Shown one piece after another: positions 11,500 through 25,420 of a stretch of DNA of 64,000 bases. The position numbers and the translations under genes were made by a program. Numbering within the stretch: the first letter of the stretch is position 1; every line of letters starts with the position of its first letter. This stretch comes from Camelus dromedarius (lineage: Eukaryota), in contig NC_087436.1 of assembly GCF_036321535.1 (NCBI RefSeq), positions 65,164,001 to 65,228,000 of the forward strand, given 5' to 3'. Under the pieces are notes generated by a model. It did not search any database and was not told the origin of the DNA. It saw only the letters and a list, made by a program, of their open reading frames with translations.

Positions 11500-12530
11500 T
11501 TGCCTCTCAGTTGTGCAGTTTCTTCTTTGCCAGCTGAACTAGTGTCAGTCTTTGTCAGTCGAGTGCTTTGCCAGTACAGATGCTGGAAGAGGAAGGGACT
11601 TTCTCTTCCTGGTTCTGACGTGCTCCTCTCACCTTATAGTATCTGTGGCTCCTGGCTCAGCGGTTCAAGGCAGCCAACAGCTTCCCCTGGCATCCCTTTG
11701 GTTGGGTTCACAGCAGATACTGAGGAGTGACACGTCCCGGTGGGTGGCTTCTCCAGGCACCCCAGAGAGCAGGTTCCCAGCAAGTTCCAGAGGGAGGATG
11801 TCCAGTGAGTTCCTCCGACACAGCACCAGAGCAGCTTCTCTGCCATGTAATGAGTCATGGCTGTGCCTTCTCCCGGGAGGTCTGGGTCTCAGTCCTGGGC
11901 TGGAGGAGGAGTGTAAGTAAGGAGGGAACACCACCGTGGGTGTTTTCTCTTAGCCAGAGGGGTAATGACTGTCTTTGTCAGTTTGGGCCACAATAACAGA
12001 ACATCATAGGTTGAGTAGCTTAAACAACAGAAATTTATTTCTTGAAGGTCTGGAAGGTGGAAGTCTAAGCTTAGGGTGGCAGCAAGGTCAAGTTCCGGTG
12101 AAAGCCCCCTTGCAAGCCGCAGACTGCTGACGTCTCCATGTGCTCTCACGCGGCAGAAAGCGGGGGGCAGCAAGCTCTCCCGTGACTCTCATAAGGGCAC
12201 AGATTTCACGCATGGGGGCTCTACCCTCATGACCTCATCTATCCCAGGGGCCCCACTTCCTAGTTCTATCACATTGTGTAGTGGGGTTTCAATATACTAA
12301 GTTTGGGGAAAAGAAAAGAGAAATGTTTATATATTACATGATATTATCTTTGCTATTATATTGCTATTATATTATTTATTGTATCTGTGCTCTGTTATTC
12401 AGCATTCTCTTTATGTCTTACTAGCCAATCCCTTGTTACTCGTCTCCTGCTCTAATGAATAATTCTTTATGTTAAAATTTCCCTCTTCAAATTACTGTGT
12501 TTTTATCTCCTGACTGAACTCTGATTGATA
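11500..12530 (+). mobile_element. Ancient LTR (LTR78/LTR79-like) interrupted by an MLT1A-type LTR
   Basis: GC-rich body at 11550-11965 and 3' end 'aataattctttatgttaaaatttccctcttcaaattactg...tctcctgactgaactctgattgata'; family name tentative. Confidence 0.5.
11970..12310 (-). mobile_element. MaLR LTR, MLT1A0-like
   Basis: 'gcttaaacaacagaaatttatttct...ataagggcac...gggggctctaccctcatgacctcatct...ggggtttcaa'. Confidence 0.85.
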
Positions 12531-15500
12531 AAGTAGCTAAATGAAAGGAAATGCTTATTTGTACTAAAGAGATAAATAATATATAGCTCTTTGCCATCTC
12601 TGACTACTATATAAGTTCCAAGTAAGTTTTTTCCCTAATAATTCATCTGTGAATACTGATCTTTTAAAAAAAGTAAAGCTCATATTTAAAATATGCTATT
12701 TAACTTTGTTCAATTTATTTTAAATTGTATTACAGATTTTATATGTATGTTATAGAGTAACTAGCTAACTTACATAGCTCACTTACGTGGATTATGAGCT
12801 AATAACCAATGAATCATACCTCTGCCGTACAAATTTGGTCTTATTAAGTGAACAACTAGCACTGCTCTAAATGCTTCTGATTGACTTTTAAATGCACTGT
12901 TACAGATAAGTTACTCTAACGTGGTTTCAGTGTACACTCAGTATTAATTCAGGTGATCTAAGTAGATCAGCAGATGCCATTCTAAAAACTGAAGGGTTGG
13001 ATCTCTCATGATCCTTTTTTGGTACCATAGCACTTTTCGTTTAGTGTTTTGTTCTATTTTACATGCTTGTTCTCATTCTGGCATGATAAAAGAGGAAGGA
13101 ATAAAGCCTAGAGTTTTCCTTTAGTTAGAAGAGGAACCACTAATTGAGTCATTCTAAGAACTTTGGAGTTGGGGAAAGGAAGATGAGACACAATGATTTC
13201 AAACTGGACCATTTCATGATTGACTGTCATAAATGAACAGCTTTTTAAAATTTTGTTACTTCTTTACAAGTAGTGAAATCACGTGAAAATTAAACAGTCA
13301 ACAGCAGTAATTTGGTGCAGCTTACATTTAAGTATGAGGTATTAGGGATAATGTGGAAAATTCCTATGTAAAGAAAAAAACTCAATTTGATTACTTTTGG
13401 TTCTTTGCAATACTAAGCATTTTAACTCAGTCTATAATGCCTTTCATTATTATTACTTATAATATTATTCATTTATTATTTATTGGCAAGAGTTTGCAAA
13501 TTCTATGCAGTTATATGTAGAATTATATACAATTATACATTTCAGTAATTCTAATATGTAATGTTAAAGTTAAAAGCTATTATATATCTTCAGAGTCCTA
13601 AGTATAGACTATTTAAACATACTAATTTATAAAACCTAAACATTATACTTACATTTTAGAATCATTTTTTTTTATGTGGCTTTGAAGAGCATCATTTATC
13701 CTGATACCTTTCCAGTGAAATCAAAGTACTGTAATATATGTGGACATGTTAATACATAATTGCTGAAAATTGCAGAATAAATGAGTTGAAATTTATTGTC
13801 CTCTGCCAACCAAACTCTTCATATCTAACCTAATATAAAGAGGGGGCAAAATATAATTTTCTTTAACTCTCCATATTTCTGCTTTAGCAACCTTTATGAG
13901 GAGAAATATCTTAGAGGAGCTTTTCTATTTACTGTGTAGTTTTTTTCCTTTTTTTTTTTTTTAATAATAATTGTACCTGCAGTTATTTTTTGGCTCCAAT
14001 TGAAATACTATAAAATGTTTTCATAAGCTCTCATTTAAAAGTATTTTCTTATTGAGTAATTGCAATATAATGGCCTGCAATTGCATTAGGCATTTGGAAT
14101 GAATAGGAAAGAATCGAATGAAGGTAAATGAATCCATTAAGTCCCTGTTGAATAGAAACAGGTCAATAGAGAGATGCTCTAACTCAAAACATTTATTTAT
14201 GTAACTGTACAAAATGTTCACTCCTGAACTTTCTAGGTAAAGCTAACGTGAGGTTAACTTTATACAACCTGAAATATACCCCCAGCTTTCTCGGGAAGAT
14301 AAATGTTTGTGTCATGGTAGTTTCCTAGAGGGAGGTTAGAGTATCCCCACCCAGTATGACTCTGCTGGTATAATAGTCTATAGAGGGAGAGGAGAATAAA
14401 GTCACAAAGATACTTGTGAATCCAGAAACTGACCCTACCATCAGAGATCAATCCTAACAACCCTTGATCAGATACAATTTAGCTGTAGTATGTCATTCAG
14501 ATAGAGTAGGAGGAATGAAGGAGGCTAGGGAAGATTTTACTTATGCAATGAAAAATATTTTTAAATTTAATGTTTGTTGGTTTGTTTTCATGGTGAGAAC
14601 AATACTACTTTGTAATGTTGTATAATGCTATAAAATATATTTGACACCTTATCTCTGTTTCAGAGGGGATGAAATTTCTTCCTTTAATTCTTCATGCCTT
14701 TAGCCTAGCATTTTAACTTTTCATTAAACATTTTGGTCAGATTCTGGAGTTCAAAGAGTTCTAATGCCACAATTTTCCCTGGAGTTTTCAATGGATATTT
14801 TAGTGTTTAAGCAACCCTAGTTTGTTGCTCTAAAACAGACTTATCTGACTACATGGAACTACTTAGCAATCATTATCAGTATATGTCATTTCCTATCTCT
14901 AAATTATTTGGTAACCCTGATAATGGTAACTATTTCAGAAGTATTTGCTGATCAACATATCTAGGTAAAAGGCTATATTGATCACATTTAAGTTGTTTAC
15001 TCTGTGAAAAAATGTTATGGCTCTTTTTGAATCTTCTCTTTTCTGGAGTCAATTAGATACTACAAAACTTAGAAAGATAGATTTCCTACTTTTCTTTCTT
15101 GATATGTATATTGAATAAATATCAATATAAAGAATACAAATAATGATATTTATATTGTTTGTTGATATTCTGTAAATTGAAATTATTTGCCATTATCCCT
15201 TATTTTAATTTTCAATCTTCTGCACAGAAAAGACAAGATTGAATTCTCTTGGATGTTCTGGACTTTTTCATAACACAATGCTCATTTTTTGGGTGGTTTT
15301 AAATTTTCTTTAGAGCTTCTCCAAAGCTCTCATTTTATATTTTCAAACATTAGTAGATAACTTCTAATTCAAGAAACATTTATGGATGACTACAATATGA
15401 TATGTCTTACATGATATAGGACTGAATAAGATATAATCCTCTTCTTTCTAGACATTGGATATAAAAGTAAATGTATTTTGACGTTTTTCCAGATATTATT

Positions 15501-17724
15501 CAAACACCAATTATTTAAAGAATGCTTTTGTAAATTTATGAAACTTAGTAAAAACTTTCAAACTCTTTTTAAAGTTGTAAGCCTTTAAAAAATAGATTCT
15601 CCTTACTCTGACAAAGTCGTATGGCATTTTCTGTCATCCAGATGGTAATATTAAAGTTATTTTTAGTGTAAATTACCATACTTTTATTTTTCATATGCTC
15701 CTTGCTTAGTTGGATTTCAAATCCACCAAAATATTCAATAGAGTACACAAGGATTAGTGCTTTTCTTAGCTCTTCCAAATTCTTTAGTTATTGCATGCAT
15801 AGTAATAACCACCTTGAAGCGGCTCATTCAGTGGAGCCAGCTGCTAGGGTCGTGTCCTAAATACAGCTTAAACAGCAGGCTCCAATCTGATGAAACCTGA
15901 CCGGTAATCGTGGAGCAAACAGAAGCTCAGCAGCCATTCATATTTAAGATTCAGCAGGCACACAAAGCTGCAAGCACCTCTTCTTCTTTTGACATTATCT
16001 ATAGGTCCAATCCTCAATATGCTGATTCTATCATAATACAGAAAATTGGTTAATTCCCTCTGGAAATTAGCAAAAAAAAAAAAAAAAAGTCTCTCCTTGA
16101 ATTGCTCTTTCTTCTTCTTTTGATTGGCTGATGCTATCTTTCCTTTACCTGAGGATAAAAGAAACATTTTTTAAATGTGTACATTTAGAAAACATCTGCA
16201 CATTTTCTGTATGTTTTCAATGCACAACATGAGACTTGAATGAAGTAAGGTTGGTATTCTCCAAATCTAATTAGAATATTCTTAAAGTATTCGTGATTTT
16301 GTGAAGATGTTTGATTCATTCTGGTAGGCATTGCTGGTTTAATGATATGCGATATCTAGCCTTTTTACTTAGAGAGATGCTTTAAGTGCAGGGGTGCAGA
16401 CTTCTGAATGCTCTGTATAGTTGTCTCCTGCTTCTCAGATATATTCATTGCATCCTTCTCTACTGCAGTAAGGCACGCACGCACACACACATACACACAT
16501 GCATGTGCACACATGTGCTATAATATCCTGATTATGTTACACGTTAGTTATAATATGATATAATACCGGCGACCACTCACATGAAAACTGCATGTAGAGA
16601 GATCATTCTATCATAATAATTCTGAAGGTGACAATTTTAAGATGTGTGGATTGCTGAGTGTAGCTACACTGGCCACTTTTTTCTTGTGCAAATGTGCTCA
16701 GATGATATCTGTTAAGTGTGCCACAATATATGTAATTACTGTGACCTTTAAAATTGGGATTAAATCAGTCTTCTTGTGATGTAAGTGCACTGATGAATCT
16801 ATTTAAAGGAACAATGAGATACTTTTCATATAGAATCACTTAGAAATAAGAGGAAACCTTTATTTTTTCTGTTCTAAACCTCATACCTACACTTTTCCTA
16901 TTAAAGTATTTGCTTAATGCTACTTCATTTGTCTTTTATGCCAGATAGACAGTTTTCTCCTCCCATCCCCCCAGGGTAAGGATCACCACATATTAAGCTG
17001 CCTTGTTCCCAATGCCCAACACTGTACCACCAGTCAATTTAGATGTGGGTTTAATGAATGCTTTTGATTAAGATAATGATACTTATCTAGTTACTGTTTA
17101 CAGACCATTTAGCAACAGTGATCACTTCTTAATTTTCCAGCATACCTTGTGGCTTGTATGCAAATTTGAAAGAGATAAGTGTAATTTTTAAAAACTGTTT
17201 TGATTTTAACCTTTATGATTTGGCTGCCTTCTTCACCGATTCTGGAACCATTTCCCCATCTTGGATGTCAACTAAAGTTTATATTAGATGAGTTTCCACA
17301 GTTTTAAACTCAATTTTCTTCTTACTGAGCAGTTTTTTTTCCTTTTATTCTCATTGGTTTTCAATTAGAAACTTATGACCAGAGGGTAGAGAAAAGAGAA
17401 GTTTCTTACAGTGGCTTGAACATAAATTTTATCTGTTGTCATCATTTCAAGTAGTCATCCTTAGTCTCTTAGACAGTATTCACTGAGGTTACTTTTAGGT
17501 GGTGGTTGTTTTTTTTTTTAATAATGTGTTCTTAGTGAACCTGTTTCTGTGGTCCTGTAGCACTTTAACTGTCTGCCTCTACTAATCAAATTTCTACATC
17601 TCCCTCTCCTCTTATAACAAGGGTGATACAAAGCAGAGCCCAGAATGTGCTATTGTTAATCCAGTAGGTCATAATTTAGATATAGTAGAGATCAGTCTTC
17701 AAAGTAATAAAACACTGTTGCTAC

Positions 17725-18010
17725 TGCTGCTACTACTATCATCAGTACAATAATAGCTACAAATCCATTAAACATAAACATTAAACATTCATTAAATATT
17801 TACTCTGAACTTTACCCACATCGTTGCAATTAAGGCAATCCTTTTATTTATTTATGCGGTAGATATTTTTTGGCCTTAATTTTGCAGATGAGAAAATTGA
17901 GGTTTAAAAGTTCAAATAATTTGACAAATTAAAGCTATGAAATGATAGAGCTGGCACTCAAGTCCAAGTCTGTAGAAGTCCAAACGTAATTCTCTTAGCC
18001 CCTATATTTT
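17725..18010 (-). mobile_element. MIR SINE
   Basis: 'ttttgcagatgagaaaattgaggttt...gatagagctggcactcaagtccaagtctg'. Confidence 0.7.
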
Positions 18011-18443
18011 ACCCTGTATTTGAACATGGAGCAAAAGTCTTAACAGAAAAGTTTCACACATCTGATAGCTAAGCTTGAAAATGCAGTTTCAGGAAGCCGT
18101 AATTATCTAATGCCATTCATTTATCATGTGTAGCATATAATTTGAGTTGATGATCCAAAATTTGCTTTTTATTCAAATAGAAATTGATTCAGTGTCATCT
18201 GTGATATCCTCTTTATCCTAAATTGAATTTTAATAGTATGAGACTGTTACTGAAAAGTTTGTAATACCTAATTCATCTGTCTTAACCCTGTGTTTTTTGC
18301 TTATTATAGCCTGTTAATATGTATAAATATCTAATAAGCAAAAAAAGTCCTCTTTAGTCTACGTTTAATATTTTTCATGGCATTCTTTTTTTTTTTCCTT
18401 TTGGAAAAATTATACAATCCTTGATCAAAGAGAGATAGTCTCT

Positions 18444-18928
18444 CTCTGTCGGTTCAGGTTCTTTGAGATCAGGGTACTAAGATGGACTCAAGGATGTAAA
18501 AGATTTATAAAAGTGCCTGTGAATGACAAAGGCAGAGTAAGCTGGAGTAGGAGGAGAAAGTCTTCAGATTGCAATGCAGATCTGACACCTATGAAAGGAG
18601 AAAGGACTAGAGGGAGGATTAAGTAGGGAGGATTAAACTCTCAGGCTGCAGTGTAGCTCTAAGAAAGTCTTGGCCAGGCCAGTAGAGAGATTTGGGACAA
18701 ATACTTCCTGTTAGAGGAGGCTCACACTGGGCTAGAGTGGCCCGGCTCTGGTAACCCAGCTGTGTTCAGCCATTAACTGGACGCAGCCTAGGCAGGGAGG
18801 GACTTCACAGTAAACACTGTTGTAGATTATGAAGAGGCAATGGCTGGAGGATGTTAGCTAATCAAATTCCTCACAGCAGTTTCTCTCCTGAAGAAAGAAC
18901 TGAGTGGTGCATTTCAGTGGTTGCAACA
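18444..18928 (-). mobile_element. ERVL LTR, LTR40-like
   Basis: 'atgcagatctgacacctatgaaaggag...ctcaggctgcagtgtagctctaagaaagtcttggccaggcc...gttagaggag', ending 'gcaaca'. Confidence 0.7.
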
Positions 18929-20149
18929 TCATCTTATTGAAATTCCTTCAGCTTCATACCATTTTTCATAACAAATGCCTGCACTTGCATCCATATTTTC
19001 ACTTTCTTTCTCCTAATATTCAGAGGGTTGTTCCTCTTATTGTATGCCAATTCCACTTGTATCCGGTAGAAGTTTTGTGTACGTCACCATGGTGTGGCTC
19101 TTTAAGATATTGATTCTTTTTTTCAATCCCTGATCTTCAATTTTTCTCCCTACTCACTCCTTGTCATAAGTGTATGAGTACTTCAAGGCTCAACAGTGAC
19201 AGCAAAATAAAAGCAAAACTTACCATCTCCTTTCAAAACCACATTCCAACTGAATAGCATTGATTTTTACATTCTACTTTGATTTCCCCTCTTACTTATA
19301 GCCAAGCTTCTTGCAAAAGTAAGCTATGTTCATTTGTTTTCCTTTTTCTACTTTGTACTATTCTTTGCCCCACTATATTCTTTCTACCATTGCTAATCCC
19401 TTAAAACTTTTTTCTTTCAAAGTCATCCATGACATAGAATTTTATTACCTCCTTTCCTCTCTTTCTGCTTTTTAATTTGTCAAACTCAGTCCACCATACT
19501 TTCTAAGTATCTATTGAATGTATTTTGTGTACACATTCTGATGCATATTTGTTTATGTGTGTGTTTGTATATGCACATACACACACACACACACACTTCC
19601 CTCCATCCCCACTGCTATTACATTTTCTAAACTATTTTTACCTCCCACCAGGGTTACTGCAAAAGCCACTAACAGGAGAATCTTGAACCAGTATTAAAGT
19701 TCTTAGAAGATACAGTTGAGGCAATAATTGAATAAACCAAAAAGAGAGGGATTGATATGTGGTTAAATATCTTTCCCAAATTGGTGAAATTATGGACTTG
19801 AGAGGCAGGATAGCTTCAGAGAAAAGGAAACAAAGATCTAACAGAAGAGAATGATGTAGATTTTGGCATCAGAAAGATACCAAAGTGTTCTAATGTGTTG
19901 GCTTATTTTATTCAGAGTCAATGGTTAAGGATTGTTGCTCAGTTTCAAATTGCTACTGTGCAGTATGGAAGAGTGAGGTGGTCCACGTAGGGTAGATGAC
20001 CTGTGGTGTGTTTATTTGCCCTCTCTTGTTACCATGTGACTTTTACTAAAAAAAAAAAAAATTAGGCTTCATGGTATACAGAAGAAGAAATCAAATGGCT
20101 CAGCTGATTGAGTTGATTTTTTTTAACCTCTTCTTGGGGCATTTACATT

Positions 20150-20765
20150 TCTGTCCCTCCTATTACTGGAAGACATGCTTTATTTGTAGATTATGTCAAT
20201 AGTCCTCTAACTGGTACTTCTTTTCCATTCACCTTCTTCTAATGCATTAACACAGCAAATAGATTGTGTAGAGTCTTGTAAACCAAACTCAAGAAGAGAC
20301 CATGATACCCTCCTACTTAAAATCATCAAATGATTTTTTAACAGTTATAAAATGATCAGACTCTTTGATCAAAGCTTAAAAGACCCCACGTGAACTAGTA
20401 TCTGATATCTTTTCAATGACATTTTCCACCAACTTCTCTCTGACTGCAATTAACACTTCCCTTCTTTCTCTTTCTTTCAAAAGTCTCCATATGTCCAGGT
20501 CATTATTATTCCTCTCAGGTACCAATTACTCAGGTAGGCTGAGTAATGATACTTATTATGTTCTACTCATTCTCTGTGACTTTGTCTGGTTTATTATTTT
20601 ACAGAATTTGTCATAAATTATTAGACCTCATGTTTCTGTTTAATTATCTACCTACTTCACAATAACTCAGATTTCAAGAGAACAAGATTTTGTTCACTAC
20701 TGTGTTTTTAAAACCTAACTCAGAGAGGACATTCAATAGGTATTAGAAAATGCTGAATGAATGTT
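20150..20765 (+). mobile_element. L2 3' portion
   Basis: 'caatagtcctctaactgg', 'ctcctacttaaaatc' and tail 'ttttgttcactactgtg...tgaatgaatg'. Confidence 0.6.
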
Positions 20766-20879
20766 AATAGTATTATTATGTCAAGTGCCTCTCTGCAAAT
20801 AAGGAGAAAAGATTGTCTACAAACATATTTTATGTCGGAAACTTTATACTTAGTTTTTTTGTTAATTATTATGATACTG

Positions 20880-21136
20880 TTTTTTTGATATTTTATTCTT
20901 ATCTTTTATTGAAATGTAGTCAGTTTACAATGTTAGTTTCAGGTATACAGCAAAGTGATTCAGTTATACCATACACATACATACATATATATATTTTTAG
21001 TTTCTTTCCTGTTACAGCTCATTACAAGAAATTGAATATAGTTCCCTGTGCTCTACAGTAGTTCCTTGTTGTTTATCTATTTTATATATAGTAATGTGTA
21101 TCTGTTAACACCAAACTCCTAATCTATCCCTCCCCA
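20880..21136 (-). mobile_element. Cetartiodactyl-type L1 3' UTR (5'-truncated), apparently inserted in a MIR
   Basis: 'ttattgaaatgtagtcagtttacaatg...gaatatagttccctgtgct...aaactcctaatctatccctcccc'; homologous to 32833, 39350, 45600 and 51834; possible TSD gatactgtt/ggtactgtt. Confidence 0.9.
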
Positions 21137-23134
21137 AGAAAGGTACTGTTGCTTTCAGTTTTTAAGTTACGAAAATGACAAAAAAACTGAGTTGTCTTTT
21201 GTCACACAGCTTGGTAGTCAGAGAGCAAGCATATAACCCCAGATCTTCTAACCACAAATTCAGCAGTTTTTGGATCATACTGACTTAGACCGTGTGCATC
21301 CAATTATTGCATATGAAAGAAACATTGGCTCTGTCAATAGATGGCAAAGCAGACAAGGGAAGGGGGATTTCTGTTTAGGCCATTGATGACCATAAGTTTT
21401 TAGCCCAATTTATCCAAGAGCTACAAAACATTGAAATTTAGTTTTTTATTGTTTACCTAGTGACTTACAGTATCACAGTTAAAATACAGTTTGATGTAAA
21501 TCTTTGGTCAAACTTTCCACAAGAAACCATCATTAAAAAAAAAGACAGTTTACTTCAACTGATAATTTTGTTTAATATAAAATGCTTTCATTTTGTATTT
21601 CTATACATAACGTTTAATCTATGTCCCCTGAAGCAAGTTTGTTTACACACACACTCACGCACGCATGCACACCATCCCTAATTCTTTCCCTCAATGCAGA
21701 AGAGTTTTTTGTTTTGTTTTATTATCTGAAAAAAATGGACCTTTATAGTTCTTAAGTGCAAAAAATATATAAAGAATGGATTTTTTCTACTATAATTTTG
21801 CTCCTGTGACATGCACATTATCCTATAAACTTTGTGTTGTGTTCATAGTTAACATTATCCACAGTCATTAAGATTACTTGTTAACTAAAAATTGCCACTA
21901 AATTATGTCACTTTAATGGGGTACTTTTTATATACAGTAAATAAAGTCTTATGTAGACAAGTGAGAGGTGTACATTCTGTATAAAAACTTAGTACAAACT
22001 TTTATCACAATATAATGGTCTGCTGAATTGAAAATCTACAGTTAGGATGGTGTTATTGGTCCATGAGAACAAGTAGTTATAACCTGAACTCTAGTTTATT
22101 TTATTTATATACTTGTAATTTCTGTTATTTAAAAGTTCCCTTTTGGATCTGTATCTTTAATTAGTTATAAAAATAATCAGTTAACCAAAATACTCTAATT
22201 CCTAAAATCTAAATTATTTGATATCAAAGTACATCTTATCCCATCATAAATATCTTCACCGTGGGAGATTTGCATTGCTCCTCTTTCCACTAACTCTCGT
22301 GCACATATAATACAAATGCAAAATATCCTAAATAAAATTATGATGTAGATGAAGTTTGTCATTAAAAACAATAGGAGCAAAAGAAATATATTTTTGATAG
22401 GAATAGTGGACATGCTTGTGTAATCCAAGGCGAAATGACATGGAGCCTTAGCAAGAAAGTGCGGTTCAATACTGGAAAGCCAGCTGACCTCTTTTCTCAA
22501 ATTTTAGTTTTTCTACTTTCTCTGTATTTGTTCATTGTCCTTTCTCTGCAGACTGGCATGTTCTGCTTCTTTATTCAAAGAAGTAGAAATTGGTGAATTA
22601 ATGGCTTTCAGGTTTATATCACCTTTACTTAATAGGCCGGCTTAGGTTTAGCTATTTTCAATTTAAATTCCACGCTTCCAAAAGATAGAATGAAAACGTC
22701 CCAGTTTGGGTGATATTTCCACTTGTATTCAGCCATCTGCAGCCAGGAGAGTTGAATCATAGAAAAGAAACAGTGATACAAGGAAGCAAACCTGTGGGTG
22801 GGGCAGGCAATGCCTAGAAAAGAAGGCTGGATTGACACTCAAATTGGTGCCCACTGAACTTCCTACTCTTTGCTGTTACATTATTAGCTAACAAGTTTTG
22901 ATTCACTGAGATAACTTGTTTACCATCTTTCATGCTGTGCGTGTGATTTTGGGACTACTTAAGAGATATTCCAGGGAAATATCTCTAGTCAATATCCTAG
23001 TCAAAGCTATGGAATAAACCTGGTACATAATATGTGAATATCAAATTTCCTTCATGGCAGTTAATTTAATATGGTGATATTTCAATGAAAAATACAGGAT
23101 AGACTAAAAAATACCAACCAATTTTAATAAATAT

Positions 23135-24309
23135 TTTCTCTCAGTATACTATACATAGAGAAATGCAAACAAATCCTAAGTGTAAAGTTTGATGAAAGAT
23201 CAAAAGTGAACCATCTGTTCAACTTCTATGAAACAAAACCTTACTCATTTTCTACAGTACCTCCCGTGGTCTCTCCAAACATGAGTACTACCTTACTTTT
23301 CAAATTATAGATTATTTTCCCTCTTTTGCATTTTATTTCTATGGAATAAAAATGTGAATTCTTTTGTGACTGGCCTCTGAAGCTTAATCTCTTCTTTGTG
23401 AGGTTTATACAAGTTACTGAATTTGAATAGTTTATTGATATTGTTGTATAATTATAGGCCTTTGTGTGTGAATTTACTAAACTTTTGCTTGCTTGCTTAT
23501 TTTGTTGTGAATAGATGTTTGATTAGTTTTAAGGTTTTGGGTTCTTATAAATAATAGTGTTATGTACATTCTTATGCATCTTTTGGGATATACTAGCAGT
23601 AGAGTTGCTGGGTCTTAAGGCATGTATACTTTTAGTAGATATCACCAGCTTCCCTAAGCATTATTACCATCTTATTCTTGCATCATCAACTAATGAGAGT
23701 TCTGGTTACCTTACATCCTTGCTAACACTGATTTGTCTGTCGACTTTTGCACTGATGAGCACAGAACGTGATCAAAAGTGCGGTATTAATGAACATTTCC
23801 CTCATGAGTTGTAACATACTTTCATTTATTTTTCATTTGAGTATCTTTTAATTTGAAATGTCTATTCATATCTTTTCCACATTTTTTTCAATAGATTTTC
23901 CTTTTTTCTTTATGGCTTATGGGTTTTCTATATTTTCAGTATTCAAAAAATTTGTTATAATATGAATTGCAAATATTTCTTCTGGTCTATGGCTTGACTT
24001 TTTCACCTGACTTTTAATATCTTTTGATAAGCTGGATTTTATAAATTTTAATGTGGTCTAGATCATCATACTACTTTTCTTACAAATTTGTGATGTTTAA
24101 AAAGTAAGCTTCAAATTTGTCAAAACTCATCAAACTGTACATCTAAAAAGATGAATTTTGCTCTGTATCAATTATACCATAATATCCCCTCTCCTCTAAT
24201 GTAAATTAGTTATGTGCATGTATTTATTATTATTTTCTTTTGTTATGGATATTTTCTAGAGAGAATATAATGCTCTACCTCTCACATTTATATATATAAT
24301 TTGCATATA

Positions 24310-24350
<41 letters not shown>

Positions 24351-25420
24351 AGTGAGATAGGAATCAATGGATCTGTATTTCATTGACCCAATACACTTAT
24401 TGTGAAGATTTCTCCTACTGCTCTGAAATGCCACATTTGACATAAATTAAGTGTTGTGTTTACTAATTTATTTGGATTCTCCTTGGCACCAATAGCACAC
24501 ATTCCTAATTACTGGAGCTTTAAATAAATCTTGATATCCACTAAGTTAAGTTTTCTATCTGTGTTTTGTTTCATCAGCATTATCTTGGCTATTTTTGGCT
24601 CATTTCACTTCCATATAAATTTGAAAATAAGTAAATTCCAACATACACGTATACACATAATGCACTACTATATTATGTTGGCATTGAATCAGATCTATAG
24701 ATCAGTTCTTTATAATACTGAATCGTTTTATTCATGAACATGATATATTCTTAAATGTTTAAAAAACTGCTCTAATTTCTTTCAATAGTATCTATTTCTG
24801 TACTGTGTTTTCTTGTTTTTAAAATTCTTACAACTAGATTTATTCACAGGAATCTCTTTTTTTGAGTAAATTGCAAATGTTATAATATCTTAATGTGTTT
24901 TCTTATTGTTCCTTCAAATGCAGTTGATTTTTGTATATGGAAATTTTATGAAGTCATCTTACTAATACTGCATTTTAATTCTGTTGACTTCTATTTTAGA
25001 TTAAAGATTTTTTTGTAACTAATCATGTCATCTGCAAATGACAGTTCCAATCCTTTCAAATTCTTGTAGTTATTTTTCTTGCATTTAATAAAGCATCAAA
25101 TATAATAGTGATTATAAATGCAGAGGGACATCTTATTATATTTTCAGCTCAGATAAATTTATGTATAATTATTCTTTCATCATTAACTAAGCTATTGATA
25201 TTGATTTATCATTAATTATGTTATTATTTGCAGATATCCATTTGTAGATACTAATTATTAAGCTAACGAAGCTTTTTTCTATTACTAGGTTAATAGTTTT
25301 ATTAAATTTTGAATTTTATTGACTGCTGCTTCTGCATCTATTGTGATGATTATATGGATTATTCAGTCTGATTTTATTGATATAAGTATTATATCATTTG
25401 AATTTCAATGTAAAACCAAA
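23135..25420 (-). mobile_element. Ancient L1 (L1ME-like) 3' UTR plus ORF2 remnant
   Basis: Antisense L1 hallmarks 'agtagagttgctgggtc', 'ttgcaaatatttct', 'cagttgatttttgtatat' and 'aatcatgtcatctgcaaat' (FADDMI); a short plus-strand L1 tail lies at about 24105-24185. Confidence 0.7.
24314..24349. repeat. (TG)18 microsatellite
   Basis: Perfect TG run. Confidence 0.98.

Noticed and set aside
11482..12300. Pile of overlapping ORFs on both strands
   Set aside because: Explained by locally high GC content (fewer stop codons) within LTR sequence; no coherent protein or splice structure
12787..12982. Minus-strand coding exon bounded by tttttag and gtaagt
   Set aside because: Stop codons in all three frames and no other support
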